Positions 13,536 to 28,215 of a stretch of 64,000 bases of DNA are shown here, piece after piece; positions within the stretch are counted from its first letter, which is position 1, and each line of letters begins with the position of its first letter. This DNA comes from Camelus dromedarius (Eukaryota). Where the stretch lies: positions 96,040,001 to 96,104,000 of the forward strand of contig NC_087437.1 in assembly GCF_036321535.1 (NCBI RefSeq). Reading direction: 5' to 3'. Below the pieces are notes generated by a model, which saw only the letters and a list, made by a program, of their open reading frames with translations, had not been told where the DNA came from and did no database searches. The translations under genes were made by a program, and so were the position numbers.

Positions 13536-13935
13536 GTTTCCTAAGGGACTTTAAGGCCTAACTTCTACACCCAAGGGATGAAAAACATTTTTGTCTTAAG
13601 AGACTTTTGCAAAGAACAGAACTGAAAAAAAAGTGAACTTTAATTGAAATCAAATGCTCTTTCCTTTATGGGTATCTATTCTTTGTTCTGAAAGGCAATA
13701 AAACAAAATTTATTGCAAGAAAAGAATTTGATGTTCATATATTTCAACACTTTCGTTTCATTGGTTAAAACAGGAAAGCATTGAGAGGTGGAATCTTGTT
13801 AGAGTCAAAGAAGTAACAAATTGACAAGCCTGGATTAGAACCCAGGAATTTAATTCCATTCCTTTCCAGCTCCCAGTGCACCAGACTGACTCACACAACT
13901 TGTGTCTGTCATAAGTCAGGGATCTCTGTCTAGGT

Positions 13936-14265
13936 CAGGGATCAGCAAACCATGGCCTGAAGGCTAAGTCCCGCCCTCTGTTTTGTGGAGTCCATAATAA
14001 GAATGTTTCTTTTCATTTTGAAAAAGTTGAAAAAAAAAAAAAGAAGAAAAATGTTTTGTGACATGTCTTGAAACATACAAAATTTAGATATTAAATGTTT
14101 ATAAATAAGGCTGTATTGGAACATAGCCACACTCTTCCTTTTACGCATTTCCTGTGGTTGTTCTCACACTGTGAAGGCAGAGTTAAGTAACAGTGACGGA
14201 GCTCCCTTTTGGTCTGAAATACTTACCATCTGGCTCTTTAGAGAGAAAGCCTTCCTCGCCCTGCC
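13936..14265 (+). mobile_element. MER58B-like hAT-Charlie element
   Basis: cagggatcagcaaac start; tattggaacatagccac; aaatacttaccatctggctcttta...ccctg end. Confidence 0.75.
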
Positions 14266-14754
14266 CTAGGTTTTTTTCCTTCCTTTTAATTTATTATCTG
14301 TTGTCCTTCCCTTCCCCGCCCCCTCTATCTTTTCTCTCCAACCCCCTGCCCTCTTTCTCTCTCTTTTTCCCTCTCTGTCATTTTGTTTCTTTCTTTCTTC
14401 ATTTCTTCCTTTTGTTCATCTCACACATCTTCTTTATGATACCAACCCCTTCAGCTTTTCCTTTGACTTTTACACATACTTATATCCTATGCAGGTTCTT
14501 TACATGTAATGTACTCAAATACTCTGTCCAAGTGTTTTTTTTTTTCCCAAAATGACATTCATCCTCATAAGCAGACATTTGTTTGCTTGTTATATACACA
14601 AAGAAATTCAATCAAAAGTCTCTTGTCAACATTTCAAAATTCACCTAAACCAGAAACATGTTCAACCCCACCACGTCAACTAGAACAGAACGTTATCTAC
14701 AAGGTAGGTAACGTTGGGTGGCATAGTTGTTCGTCTTCCCAGCTTCAGTGTTTC

Positions 14755-15003
14755 CCTTTCAGCGATGTCTTCCCTGACCACTTCAGTCACAGTGCACAGA
14801 CCCCCACGGTTCCTTCTTTTCCTCCCTAATTTAACTTCTTCACTGGGCATATAGCTGAAACATATAATTTGCTTACCTGTTTGTTATTTGCCCCACCAGA
14901 ATGTAAGCTTCACAAGGTCAGAGATTCATATCAGTTTTGTTTACTGCTATACCCCAGGAACCCGGGACAAAATAAGGAGTCACTCACTATTTCTTGAATG
15001 AAT
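14755..15003 (+). mobile_element. L2 3' end
   Basis: ccaccagaatgtaagcttcacaaggtcagaga...ttgaatgaat. Confidence 0.75.
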
Positions 15004-15439
15004 CTTGGGCTTTTCAACACATACAACAAAGTCTTGATGAAATAACAGACTTAATTACTTGAACAAAATTGAAATGAGAAATTTTTAAATTTTAGAATAA
15101 AGAATAGTCATTTCCAAAACTGGAAAACTAAATTGTGAGGATTTTTCCCAAAAGAACTCTACATCTCTAAACTGAAATTATAGTTCCATTTTCTGTAATA
15201 AAATAGGGCAGAGTGGAAACAATTTAATTGTTTCAACTATATCTTAAAATATTTAATGTGCTTAGGTAACAAGACAATGCCTTAAAAAAATTCACTGACC
15301 CCTTTTAGATGCCAAGAAATAGTGAAAGAAATGACAAGTATTGGGAGAAAAGAGAAATTTATATAGTCTGAAACTATCAGAGAAATTGGAAGAATGATGG
15401 CACGAACATTATTTTTCTTAATCCATGGTTCCAAAAGTG

Positions 15440-16130
15440 TCTTTATAGTGAGAAGATTCAGTTCAGAATCAGGAATTTACTTGTCACACCTAGTTTCTTC
15501 AGTTTGGAACAACGCATCCATTTGTCATTGATTTCTTGACCTTGATACGTTTGAAGTATACAGATCAGTTATTTTGTAGAATGTCTCTCTTCTGGATTTG
15601 TCAAATGTTTCTTCATGATTAATATCAGGTTACGCATCTTTAGCAAGAATGACATGGAAACAGTGCTATTTTCTTTTCATTGCATTCCATCAAGCATTGC
15701 ATGATTTTGATTTGTCCCGTTGTTGTTGAGGATAAACTGTGACCACTTGTTTAAGGTGACATCTGCCAGCTTCTCCATTGTAAAATTACACATCTTCCCT
15801 TTCTTACTGGTAAGGATTTGAGACAGGAGTAGAGTAAGTACTGTGAAACTATGTAAATATCATGATCAGATTCCTCATCAAAGTTTCAGTTTGTTCATTT
15901 ATTAATCTGTTAGTATGGATTATGGTTTCCTAATATATTAATTTAGCATAATCCATTACTATCATTGTTTATTTTGATACTCACTGTGTACATTTTTTTG
16001 TCTAGTGGGAGCTCTTAGAGTTGGCTATTGTGTTATTTTGATGTTTCCATCACTCTCTTGAGTATGTCATTGCTTTCTGATATAATAGCACATTTCATGT
16101 TCATTTTATACTTTTCATTCCCTGCCTGGT
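15440..16130 (-). mobile_element. L1MC/L1MD-type 3' fragment
   Basis: cagttattttgtagaatgtc, gaccacttgtttaaggtg, atccattactatcatt motifs. Confidence 0.7.
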
Positions 16131-16789
16131 ATCATTTCCACATTTCCATCATTTCTATTTCCATCAGTTCCACTGTTTCCAGTTCCTCTCAGTGGATAGA
16201 CCTCAGGGATACGTGTATGTATATCATGGCTTCTTTCCCATGTGAGGCTCTGCACACCCACCAAATCCATGTTACTCCATAATTAAGTTACAGTTTGTTC
16301 TCCTAGAGCATTCACAAATGCAATTAGTCATTCGCTCTTTCAGTAAAAGAGGTGAGTGGCCAATTTCACCTGCAATTAACCAATTACCTCATGGTTTCAT
16401 TTGCTATGCTTGAGTCCATGTGTTTTTAAACATTGTTTGTACTGCATCCAAAACACCCAAAGGAAAGTCAGGGACAATTTTTCAAATCCTGGATTAATGC
16501 ACTTGAGGCAGCACATCCTTTCTCTAAACTGGAGACTAAACGATTAGAAATGAAAATGACACAATTAGATTTTTCTTGTTATTATGAAACAAAGAATCCT
16601 CACATAGTAAAGTGCAGAATTGCAGAACAGAATATCAACATCAGTGTCTGCAAAGCTCACTGGCTTGTGCAAGGGCTCTCATTTCATAGACCATTTGTTG
16701 CAGTATCTCCACTAAGTCAGCAGATTTTAAGAAATGAATAACAGTACTCTTACTTTCTTTTCCTTTTCTGTTTTTAAGGTAAATATACA

Positions 16790-16842
16790 CATAGATAGAT
16801 TACTGATGGATAGGTGGATAGATAGGTAGGTAGATGATAGAT
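16790..16842 (+). repeat. Degenerate (GATA/GGTA)n
   Basis: Seen directly. Confidence 0.8.
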
Positions 16843-18049
16843 GTGATTGAAAGGGGCAGCTGCTAATTTTTGATTGTTTTCTTCTTGATGCATTTCACCC
16901 ACAACTCAGATATTTCATTTTCAGTAAGAATCCCACCTCAACTCTATAATTAAAACAACTTAAATTCAAATTTAAGATAGGAAGAGAATAATTGTTTCTG
17001 TGTTTCTCTCTGGTCCCTATCCCTGAGCTCACCAAGATCTAACCCTACACCTGGTACTCAGATCCTTTTCAGTCACAAGATTTAGATTCTTCTATTCTAG
17101 TAACTTGTATAATAAAAGTGAGGGAATGACTATCTATAAATGGTTGATTGTGCCACTGTGCTCTTGAAAATTGCTGCCTTGCAGGCACCATGAGTCACCT
17201 TGGCCATTTACCATGTAATGGATCTTTCTTCACCTGAGAAAAATGAAATTTGATCAGCTTTTCTAAGAAAGCATCTGAGTACATGGCTTGGGATAGTTCA
17301 TTTCTGTGATAGTTTTCTAAACATTATAGCAATGGAGAGAAGAAAAGCATGAGATATTCAGAGTCTTGCTATATAGCTCTATCTCATGAGAGTTAGAAAA
17401 TATGAAGATTTTAGTTTAAATTATTTGAAACTATTTAAGAATTTTTTTTAAAAGCTTATTCTCATCTCACATTTCATAAAGTTACTGGCAGTTCACTTTT
17501 TAGTCAGAAAGGATAGAAGAGTCTTCAGAATTTGCCTGGCCAGGTCACCTCTTTTAAATGGATGGTAGAAGTCTGAATGTGTTGTGTAAGACTCAATCTA
17601 TATTCTGGATGGAGAGGCCCCAACTTCCCATTGATTTAAACATGCTTACGGAATGAAAACTCAGGAAGTCCAAAGTCTAACAGGAGAGGCAAGCATGTAC
17701 TCAATAATTTAGCAAGGCAGATTATGATAAAGTAATTTAGCATGAAAAAAAAATAAGAAAATAAGGAGAATGGAATATGACCAATTTCATAGTGGCGATA
17801 CATAAGACATTGACATGCAGAGTGGTAGAAAGGCGTTTCTTGAATAGTTAAGAGAGATACAAAGTCATCCTTTGAAGGGAAAATAGAGGAGCCAAGGCAC
17901 AAAGATGTGGGAAATGCAAGTATTTGGACACATTAAGTAATCATTCACTCAATAATGCTCAAGCACCTCTTTTACAGAATAAAGACGGGCACGATACTCC
18001 TTCCCTTGAATGTGGGAGAGCTCTGCTCTCTAACTATATTTTGTATAGT

Positions 18050-18460
18050 ATCTTTTAGCAGAATTTATACTGTGCTGGTTTCCAGGCCTAGGCCTTAAGA
18101 GACTAGCAGCTTCTACTTCCTGCCTCTTGGAATAACTGCTCTTGGAACCTACTCCCATGCTGTAAGGAAGCCCAAACAACAATGTGAAGCAACCCATGTG
18201 GAGCAGAATCAAGGCACAACAATTCCAGCTGAGCTCCAAACTGATGGCCAGCACTGACTCATACACTGTATGAGTAAACCATCCTCGACAGGTATTCTCC
18301 AGCCCAGTCAAACCGAAAGACCTTGATCAGAGATGGCCAACCCCACTAATTCTTAATATGCTCATAACACAGATTTATTAGTAAAATAGTGCATTGTTTA
18401 TGTTTTAAGCCACTGAGATTTGTTGTAATATGTTGCAAGATCAATAGATAAGAGAACAAC
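18050..18460 (+). mobile_element. MLT1-type MaLR LTR
   Basis: ccaggcctaggccttaagaga...cttccTGcctcttggaa; ttttaagccactgag...atagataa end. Confidence 0.75.
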
Positions 18461-21400
18461 TACCTATATACTAAGACTGTACCTGGGGAAGAAACTGACA
18501 CATTTAAGTCTTATGTTCATGAAGTTTACAGGCTTGTGCAGTGCAGGTGGAAATGGGTGTAGGTATGGAAGAGAGTGGGATGTAATAGAACATGAGTTGA
18601 GAAAACTAAGCTTATTAGTGATTATATTGAGAATGCAGGGGCCTTAAAATGTAGAATAAATATTATTAAAAATTTTTAGATGTGAATGTAAACTATTGAA
18701 ATTTTCTAAGTGGAGTCATGCTTTAGAACAGTGAAGGTGATGTTAGTGTTTGGGTTCAACTGGAGAAGCAACACTGAAGGTAGATTTACTATTTAGGAGA
18801 CCCCAAAAGCCCAGAAAAAGGAAAAAGGTAATGAGATCCTAAGCCAGAGTCGAGAGGATGGAAAAGAAAAATTAGGTTTGAGTGATACTCTCACATCTCC
18901 ATGAAGCAGACTGTATCTGTTTTGTTAATTCGTATACCCAATTTCTTAGAACACTATCTAGTACACAACAGTTGCTCAGTATCTATTTACAGAACAAATA
19001 CAAGTTTAAAAAATAAATAAATGTGACAGAAGCCAAGATATCTGTTAGGAGAGTTATACTTCCATTTGGTTCAACTCACCTCTTGACAACCCAGCAGAAA
19101 TCTAAGGTAGTCAAGTCTGCCATAACTCCATGCCTCTCTTCCAAAGATATAGATCCATGAATTGCTTTAAATAAGGATAAAGGAAATGCATCCCTTGACT
19201 ATGTGTCTATCCAAAGTGAACTTATCTAAAAGACAACTTTGGGCTACGTGTACAGCAAAATAGTTTAATCTGCACTACACTTAATTTCTAGCCCTTCCAG
19301 CCTCCTGTATTTTGTTTTTGTATGTTTCTTTGTTTTTATTTTCTTAATATATTTGAGGATATTTATTTGTAGTGATCATGCAGGAGAAAATATAATAAAT
19401 AAATGTAAAGAAGAATCTTTTATTCACACTCTTCCCAGAGCAAAAGGCAAAAGAGATATAACAATAACCAAAATATAAAAGGACCACATAACTGATACTA
19501 TATGGTAGTGTATTTTCTTATGGAATTCTCATTAGTAGGCTAACCTATTGCCTTCTTCATCAAAATTCCCTGACAGTATATTTGTTTTTGGATGAGTAAA
19601 AACAATAATCTAATATTTCCCAATATACAAAAGAGTATTGCTGTAGGATCTATATTCACTGGACTCTAAAAATTCTATATAACTAAAATGACAAAAAAGA
19701 CTTTAGCTGAAAAGAACTGGGAAACTCACCCAATGTAGTCATTCATACGTATCTAGTTACTTAGTCTAGATAGTGAAAATGAAAGAACCCAACAAAGGCT
19801 AAAAAGATAAGAAAGCTGTGTATTTATATCTTAACCTAATAATGGACCACCAACTGCATGTGTGGAAGTTCACTGAGTATTATTTAATATTGGGGGATTA
19901 TTGACACTAGTATTTTGTTTATAACACTGTTTGATTTGTTTTGCATCTATATATTCAAATTCATCTAAAATAAAATTTATTTTACCTGTTATTTAGAAAA
20001 AAATAATTGGTAACTGTTTGCCTAAGTGCAGTCTTCTTAGTTTAAAAATTTTAATTAAGAATATAATCTTGTGTGTTTAAAATCATATTTCAAAATAGCT
20101 GTTTGACAAAACTTAATGTCTCTACGTTCTTTTAAAAAGTGTACGTTTCCATATATTTAGTTTTTAGATGTTATGAGGGAAACGTCACTGTATCTGGAAG
20201 CCATATGCCAAAAATGTTCAGTTATTATCACTTTCTCTCTGCATAAGGCATTGAAAATGATAGTTCATGTCACAATTCATCTAAATGTTCTTTCCCTTAG
20301 AACACTGCTTTCCACAGATAGTAACAGGACCTGGAACAAAATAAAACAGCAACATCATACACATTTTCTATTTCTGCATTTTTCCATTTCTGGAAATGGT
20401 CACAGGATCATTTTATGACAGATTAATATCATCCATGATCCTAAATCGCTAAGAATAAAAGTGTTAGATTCTTTTGGTAAAGTTACCATAAGGACCAAAT
20501 TTATTTTTTAACCAATTCCTTGAAGTATCAACTGCTTTTTAGTTTTATAGCATATGTATCACATCTCCAACCATTTTGCCCCAATTCCAGTTCTTTTCAT
20601 CCTTCAATAGTGAGGATGAGAAAATCTGGATGCATATGGATATGGTTGATTTGAAAACTACTTTTTAAACATTTGGAAGTTTTTCAAAACCAAAAACATA
20701 TTTGCCGAGTGATCTTTTTCCCCTACATTTTAAATCCATGAGCAGCTTAAAAAGAAACTTAGTCCATATGTGAGTTCAGATTCACTTATATTAAAATCAT
20801 GAAAATTATGTTTAATAGCTATTTGACACACAAGAAGTTTTTAAATTAAGTTTCTCTAAATTTTATATCTTTCAAAACACTTTGTTCCCTTTCCACCCTC
20901 AGCATTCCTCACTACTCTCCAAGAAAAGATCAGATTTAACTCAGGACCTATAAATTAGATGCTTTCAATCTGTCAATGATGATTAAACTAATAAAGAAAA
21001 ATGCATTCAATTTTTTCCCTTTGTAGGTAGTGTTTTGTTTAAATACCTCCATGCAAGTTCAGAATGGTTTGACTTTTTTCAGTATTAGTAATCAGTACAT
21101 AAAGTACATATCAGTTCATAATTAGTAACTAGTACATAAAGTAAATTTTCGTTTGTGATTTTATATTTCCTTTAGAGAACACGAAATACATGAGCTTTTT
21201 AGTACTTTCTGGTGTTTAATTACAAATAATATACGAGTCTCGTATCAGCACAGATGATGCAAAATTGTATAAAGAGGAAAATAATCTCTTTTTCCTCATC
21301 TTTTTCCTCCTCCAATCCCACCTGCACTGAAGTAATCAACATTAATGATCCTGTATCTATCCCCCACACCTTTAATAGCTGGATTTATGTAGTATAATCC

Positions 21401-21588
21401 TTTTCCAGGTACACCACACATGAATAAAACTATGTGTGATTTAGAACCCAGAGTCAAGATATTTAAGTAGTGAGGGAAGGGGAAGGAGAAATGAGAAGTA
21501 CAAACAGACTGATGGTGGAATGGAGCGTGGAAAGGCGTCTCCTCTCCACGTCACGTCTGAGGTCCTGACCACCTAACTGCCTACTCAC

Positions 21589-21612
21589 CTAAAAGAATGA
21601 ACAGACAAGTGC
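21589..21612 (-). other. Candidate 24-nt microexon, or recursive splice site (AG|GTGAGT)
   Basis: Minus strand reads ataattttcaag|GCACTTGTCTGTTCATTCTTTTAG|gtgagt in a repeat-poor region. Confidence 0.35.
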
Positions 21613-23289
21613 CTTGAAAATTATAACGTGTGAATGTAAAGTGACCGTGTGCTTGCTGTTGTTATATCATTTTAATCCTTTATTTTACCAAAGATGTATA
21701 AATCAAAGTTACGTTCTAAGTTGTTCATATCTATTGACAAAATATTCAGGAATTCATAAATTAGATAAAATTCTGACAACTTTTAGTGCCTTTACAAGTA
21801 ATAATTAGGTCCATGTGGTTCCCAGTGCTCCTGAATTTCTTTCTACCACTGAATAACTCATCCTAGTTTTCAATGACAGGAGGAATTCAACATTCTGTAT
21901 CTGAGGTTTGTGGACACTGATTGAATATGCAGTACTCTGAGAAATCAGTAGAGAAGAGATTTATGTTGATCTGTGAAAGACGATACTCTGAGCAAGGACA
22001 GAAACGGGATATGCATATGAAGAAAGAATGATTTTCATACTACAGTTTAACCTGAGCACCCTCATTCCTGTTTACAAAAAAATCTACTTTTTGTGTATCA
22101 AAAAATTAATTGATATGAAATCAATTCTCAGGTTAGAGAAATTCAGAATTGTAATGAGTTTCTTGAACTACAGAAATTTTAATGGTATAGATTTTTCTTG
22201 TGTAGCTATCAATATTTAGTCATAAAATCTAAGTGTAAATAAGCCCATCCAAGGTTTGACTAACATTAAATTTTGCCTAAAAGCAGTGGCCTTCCTTCCA
22301 TTCTTACCAGTGGCATCATCATTAGCACGGTGCCTCTTGCAAACTTATTATTTCTATCACCATTGTTAATGACTGACAAAGCACAAAGCCATGCTCAAAC
22401 AGCTACCTACATGCACAGAGCTGCATTTATCTTAGAGTGGACTGCATATTGGGTTTCTCAATTTATAAATCTTTATTTCCACTGCACAATTTGTAAAGTC
22501 TTGCTGTTGGAAAAAAATGTCTGAATGGCTATCAAATCCGTGTCTGATTCCCTCTCCCCACAGGCACGCCAATACTTTGGTTTGCTGCTACAACTGTAGC
22601 TGTTCTTTAATTTTTGATTGAAACTAGTCCACATTTGCATCCTTCAATCTGATACCGTTGTCACAACTCTACCCTCCAAAACTCTTATTTTGATTTCTTT
22701 TTATTTCACTTTTCTTCTTATATTTCCTCAAAGAAATGTCATGTTTTTGGTTTTTTTTTTTTAAAGCACATCTTTTGTCTGAGCCTTTATGGTGCAAATA
22801 TGAGGACAGTAGGAAGTTTAAAGACTTGTTCATTTACATTAAATTTTGGGAATGCCTGGAAAATATTTTCCTCTAGGCACAATGCTAAGTAGTCACCATT
22901 ACAAAGTATTTAATAGGGAAAAAAAGGAATTCTGTATGTATTTTATCAGAATTTAAAGTTTTTATTTTACAACAATACCCAGATGTTTGGGATGTGATAA
23001 AACAAAACTTTGAAGATCCAAACATCACTATTATTTAGTAAAAATGAAGAGTTCAGCCACAATTATAGCCAAACCAGGTAGAATAGGATTTTCCCTTTCC
23101 AACTGAGTTTTAACTACTAGATACCTGATACCTATTGGTCAGATCAGGTAGATCTCCTCTGAAGAACAATACCTGAAAATGAGGTGAATATTGGTTGTGT
23201 AAACATACCGATCAGCCTGAAGCAACAGTAGCATTCTGTCAGTCTGAACATGCTCAGGCCACTTCCTCCTCAGGCTTCAAAGTTAGTAA

Positions 23290-23535
23290 TAATAGTGACA
23301 AATAGCCAACATTTATTGAGTACGTGTATTGAGAACTTACCATGTTCCAGATGCTGCATTAAAAACGTTATCTGCAGCAATGAATTGAATGCTCACACTT
23401 CTCTCTGAGAGGCATTATTGTAATACTCATATTTACAGAAGGGGATTAAGACTGAGGGAAGCAAAGTAACTTGAGTTAAGCTTAAGTGGCTAATAAATTT
23501 AGAAAAATGCCATGGTTTAAAACTGTGAACTTCAA
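23290..23535 (-). mobile_element. MIR (with L2-like tail)
   Basis: aacatttattgag...ctcatatttacagaaggggattaagactgagg...aagtaacttg. Confidence 0.7.
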
Positions 23536-23719
23536 AGTTACAGCTGAGACAGAAGGGTCCTTCCCCTCCCCCCAACTCCCCCCACCACACACAGCCGCAC
23601 ACTTTTATATAGAAGTGGTCATCTGGAGATGTACACCATAAATGTTTTTTTCTTATCAGAATGATTTCATGACATTCAGTAAAAACTAAGAAAATCTGTT
23701 TGAATAAAGTATGACCTTT

Positions 23720-23885
23720 AGTCAGTATATCAATATTGGTTCTTCAGCTGTGACAAAGGTCCACTATGAATGTTAGATACTAACAGGAGAGGAAACTGGG
23801 TGTGGAGTGTATGCGAATTCTCTGTGCTGTATTTGCAATTTTTCTGTAAAATCTGAAATAATTCTAAAATGAAAATGTATCAGAA
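23720..23885 (+). mobile_element. L1MB/L1MC 3' end
   Basis: ggaaactgggtgtggag...ctctgtgctgtatttgcaatttttctgtaaaatctgaaataattctaaaat. Confidence 0.75.
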
Positions 23886-26800
23886 AAAGGCTGCATGTGC
23901 ATACCCAATCAGTGTTTAAAACAGTCCATCCTACAACCCACAGACACCTTCCATGACAATTTTATTGTGCTTTTGCTAAAGAGGGACATAATCTCTTCAG
24001 AAACAAACTAACAGAAAGCTGGTTTCATTAAATCCATTCTTCTTAATGTCAGAAACCCTTATTTCGTCTCTCAAAATCCATGATATTGCCTGGATCATGA
24101 AAAAATATGAAAGCAAACTAAAGCAGTCAAACTGTTTACAAAAAATGTTATTAATGATACAATCCATATACATAGATGTGAACATATTTTAATAACCTTG
24201 GATCTGGCAGGAAGAGTTGTGATGTAAAAGGAGATTTACATGCATAAAAGCTCAGGGAAAAAGTTTGAACTTCAAGCATTAAGGTCTTAGTTCGTAAATC
24301 CAAAGGGAAATACATAGAAAATAAAGGCATTAGAAGAAGATATGAAAAAATGTAAAAGAATTAATGTCTCCTCCATGAATCTTTGTGAATAAATGGCAAC
24401 ACACAAGCTACAGAAAACCAGTTTACTGTTTGAAGGATGAATGTGGGTTCAGAAGAATCAACATTATATTTTCAAGTTAATGGAAAACAAGCTCATATTG
24501 TTTATGTAATGATTGATACTATCCTGGTTGAATTAAAAGGGATTCTAGAACATACCTCTCCCTACTGAAACACATTTTGCTGCTTTAAAAATGCAAGGTG
24601 TTTGAGAACGGATTAGAAAGATTATCAACTACATACTAGTAAATCACAAACTCTTAACCTAAAATCAAATTAAAACCTATTTTTGCGGAGTTTATTAAAA
24701 AGCATTTATTCTTTTGCTCTACATGTCTGTGGCTAAAATTTAAATCATATTAATCTTGAAACGTGTCTTAGATGTAAACTAAATCTAATACATAAAAAGT
24801 CCTTATTTTCCTATTTAATTTAAAAGAAATTCCAAAAGACTACTTTCTTTTCAGAGAGAAACTTGTTGAAATAATTACCTATTGAGGACTAGAAATCCCA
24901 AGGGATTAGCTTTGGATACAGAGCTTTCAAGTTTCTAGGTCACTGAATGGAATCTGAAACCAAACCCACAGGGACTAAAGGGCATTATCAGGAAAGGCTG
25001 TTAAATGACCTTTATCATATGGTCTCAGTGAGAGACAGGTGTCCACTGTTGTTGACCATCTGGGTTAAGAAGCAAGAACATAAAAGGGTATGATTGCCCC
25101 TAAAAATGATCTCCAGAGATTTGGTTTAGGCAAAACATTGAGGGCGGACAAGTCCGTGCACAGTGACTTAACATAATACTTCTCTCTCTCTGTCTCTCTT
25201 CATACATACACACACACACACACATTCTGCATAAGCTCCACAAAAAGGTATTTATTCAGAAGATGCTTCAGGGAGATGGGGGAATTATCTCTGTGCTTTG
25301 GAAAGGAAAAAACCAAATTTTCTCAAGTGGTATTAAGATTTAGATTAATAGAAAAGGGTGATTGATTATATTGAAGACTTACATATGAAAAAAGAAAAAG
25401 TATGTTCATTAATTACACAGGTTTTAAAATTATGAAGACAAGTGCAAAACTTACTGCAAAATAGTTCCAAATTGCACTGTTTCATACGCTGATTTTGCTC
25501 AGGTTGAGGAAATTTTGACTCAAGATGGATCTTTAAAAGCTTTGGTGGGTAGAGAAGAAGGTTCTATAATGTAGGATTGGAGAGGGTGGTAGAACACTAA
25601 GCCAAGTCCAAAATGAAGGATGAAATGGAATCAAATACATTTCATTTATTACTATAAAAATTGTTTTCATGATCAGGAGTGAAATTGAATCTTTGCGTTT
25701 ATTATTGAGTGTGAATATCGATGAAGGTCATATAGTAATATTGGGAAGCAGAGTAATGGCTACAACTCTCCATCTCACCAAAAGAAAGAGCAAATCCAGT
25801 GCACAGTCTCTCTTGCTTATTCTGGCCACAACCAGTATGGAGACTTGTGTCTGGTATTCAAATCATCTTTCTACATAGCATACTAATTTTAGCTAAGCTC
25901 CTTCTTTGAAAAAAAATGTGCTTTAAAAAAAAAATTAGAGCCGCTATACAAAGAGTTGAGAGTGAGATGGGGAAAGAGAGCCTGTGGTTGATGAAATGCA
26001 AATGAGGCTTGGCTCAGACAGCTGGCTGCTTTGGATGACATGGGTGATAAATGGTTCTTAAAACATGAGCAGGCGTCGGGCTCCCGATTCAGTGTCGGAC
26101 TGGCAAAAACAGCAGTATTACTAGATGCTTCCTTTAATTAATGCAACTCTACTGCATTAGTCCGGACACTGCCAATAAATGGGAAAGAAGTGATATCGAA
26201 GGTAATATCAGAAATCTTTCAACCTTGAAGCTGGGATGTGTTGGCCAAAAGCCTCAGTATTGTAAGAGGTTTAATTGTATTTGTAATGTACCAGTGCACC
26301 ATGACAAAAACGGGGAGATAGTGTAGTCAGGACCAGGCAAGGCTGTGATAAATGGGAGAACGAGTGATTACACGGCAAGGAGGACTGTGGAAACAGACAA
26401 AGGACAGGCAAATAGAAAGCGGGAATGTAGCCACCACTGTAATTTGAAAGCACTCAGAGGAACTTTGAGGTGTACAGAAGGGTAGGATTTGGTCCTTCAG
26501 GATTTGTTAGGGCTCAAGGATGCACAAAATGCCTAATATTTCAGTGTGCCCCTAAATATGGTCAGGCAGCATATACCTGGTAACACTGTGTAGACTTTAA
26601 CCTATACCCAAATATAAATGTATGTGCTGCTGGGACAGTGTCTGAGAAATACCTTTAAAAAATACACATACACATGCACAAGATGTTTTAAAGAAAACAC
26701 ACCTGGACCTGGCTGCCTACCAAGAGTGTCCTTTTTCTCCTGGCTCAAATTTCTACCTAGAAATCAAATAAAATCTTTCAGATGGCACCAATATTGTCAA

Positions 26801-27414
26801 GGTGTCGCATCAAAGTAAGATTTTATTGAAGAAGGTATGCCAGTAAGGAATTTTCTGCAACAAGCAAATGACAGAAGAGTTGGCCTTAAATCTCACAGCG
26901 GACACCAGTGAGAATTCCCTGAAATCATACCTCCTTTCACACTTTGTTAACTTGGATCACGACAACCTCAACCACAGCGCCAGCCACACCTACACACTGC
27001 CCTTTCTCGACACCCCGGCTGTACTTTCCTACTCTGATCCTGGATCTTCCAGTCTTGACCTCCTATAGCACTTTAGAGCAATGAAACTATTTATGAAAAC
27101 AAGCAGTGGGCTAGTGTGGCCCATGGGCTATAATTTGCCAATTCCTGATAGAATATTGCAACTCTCCATGGTTACTTTAAGTACAGAGGTTAGTCTGGCC
27201 AGTATTTACACCTCTGCAAGCACTGCTTACAAAGGGAGTGGAAGAGCCAGTCGGGAACAGCTCCTCTTGACGTGTGTCACTACGTTACATTTGGGACAGT
27301 ACTTTTCCTTCCTTTTGGTTCTCATCTTTTGCCCTAGACTAAAAGAAGTCACTAAGAACTGTTTTAGATGGAAAAATTAATGTGTCACCTAAACCCAGTC
27401 CTTCCAACCTCTTC

Positions 27415-28215
27415 TTTTCATCTTTGTTGTGGTATAAGTGACAAATAAAATTGTCAGCTATTTAAAGTGTGCAACACAATAATTCGTGATATGTACACAT
27501 GGTGAAAGGATTCCCATTGAGTTCATTAATACATACATCACCTCACATATTTACTGTTTTTGTTGTTGATGAGAACACAAGTTCTACTCTCTTAGCAAAT
27601 TTCTATTATATAATACAGTATTATCAACTATAGTCACCAGGTTATATATTAGATGCATAGAACGTATTCATCTTACAAAACTGAAAGTTTGTACCTTTTT
27701 ACCATTCTCTTTTTTCCCCAGCCCCCAGCCCCATGGCAACCATTATTCTACTCTCTGCTTCATTGAGTTTAACCTTTTTTCTTTTGTACTCTACATGTAA
27801 GTGTTATCATGCAGTATTTGTCTTTCTGTGTCCGGCTTATTTCATCCAGCATAATGTCCTCCAAGTTTATCCATATTGTTGTAAACGGCAGAGTTTCCTT
27901 CTTTTGTAGGGATGAATGATATTTCCCTGTGTGTGTGTGTGTTTTCTTTCTTCATTCATTCATTCATGGACACTTGGGTTGTTTCCATGTCTTAGCTGTT
28001 ATAAATAATGCTGCTATGAACATGGGGCTGCAGATATCTTTTCAAGTTAGTATTAGCAATTTTGTGGGGTGGTTTTTTTTTTTTTTTTTGAGATATACCC
28101 AGAAATGGGATTACTGGATCATATGGCAGTTCTGTGTTTAATTTCTTATGGAACCTCCGTACTGTTTTCCATAATGGCTACATCAATTTACATTCCCATC
28201 CACAATGTGCAAAGG
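27415..28215 (-). mobile_element. L1MA-type 3' end
   Basis: ggcaaccattattctactctctgcttc, gcagtatttgtctttctgtg, ggacacttgggttgtttcca, ggaacctccgtactgttttcc. Confidence 0.85.

Noticed and set aside
14193..14555. Phe/Leu/Pro-rich 120-aa ORF
   Set aside because: Formed from the MER58 end plus a low-complexity pyrimidine tract
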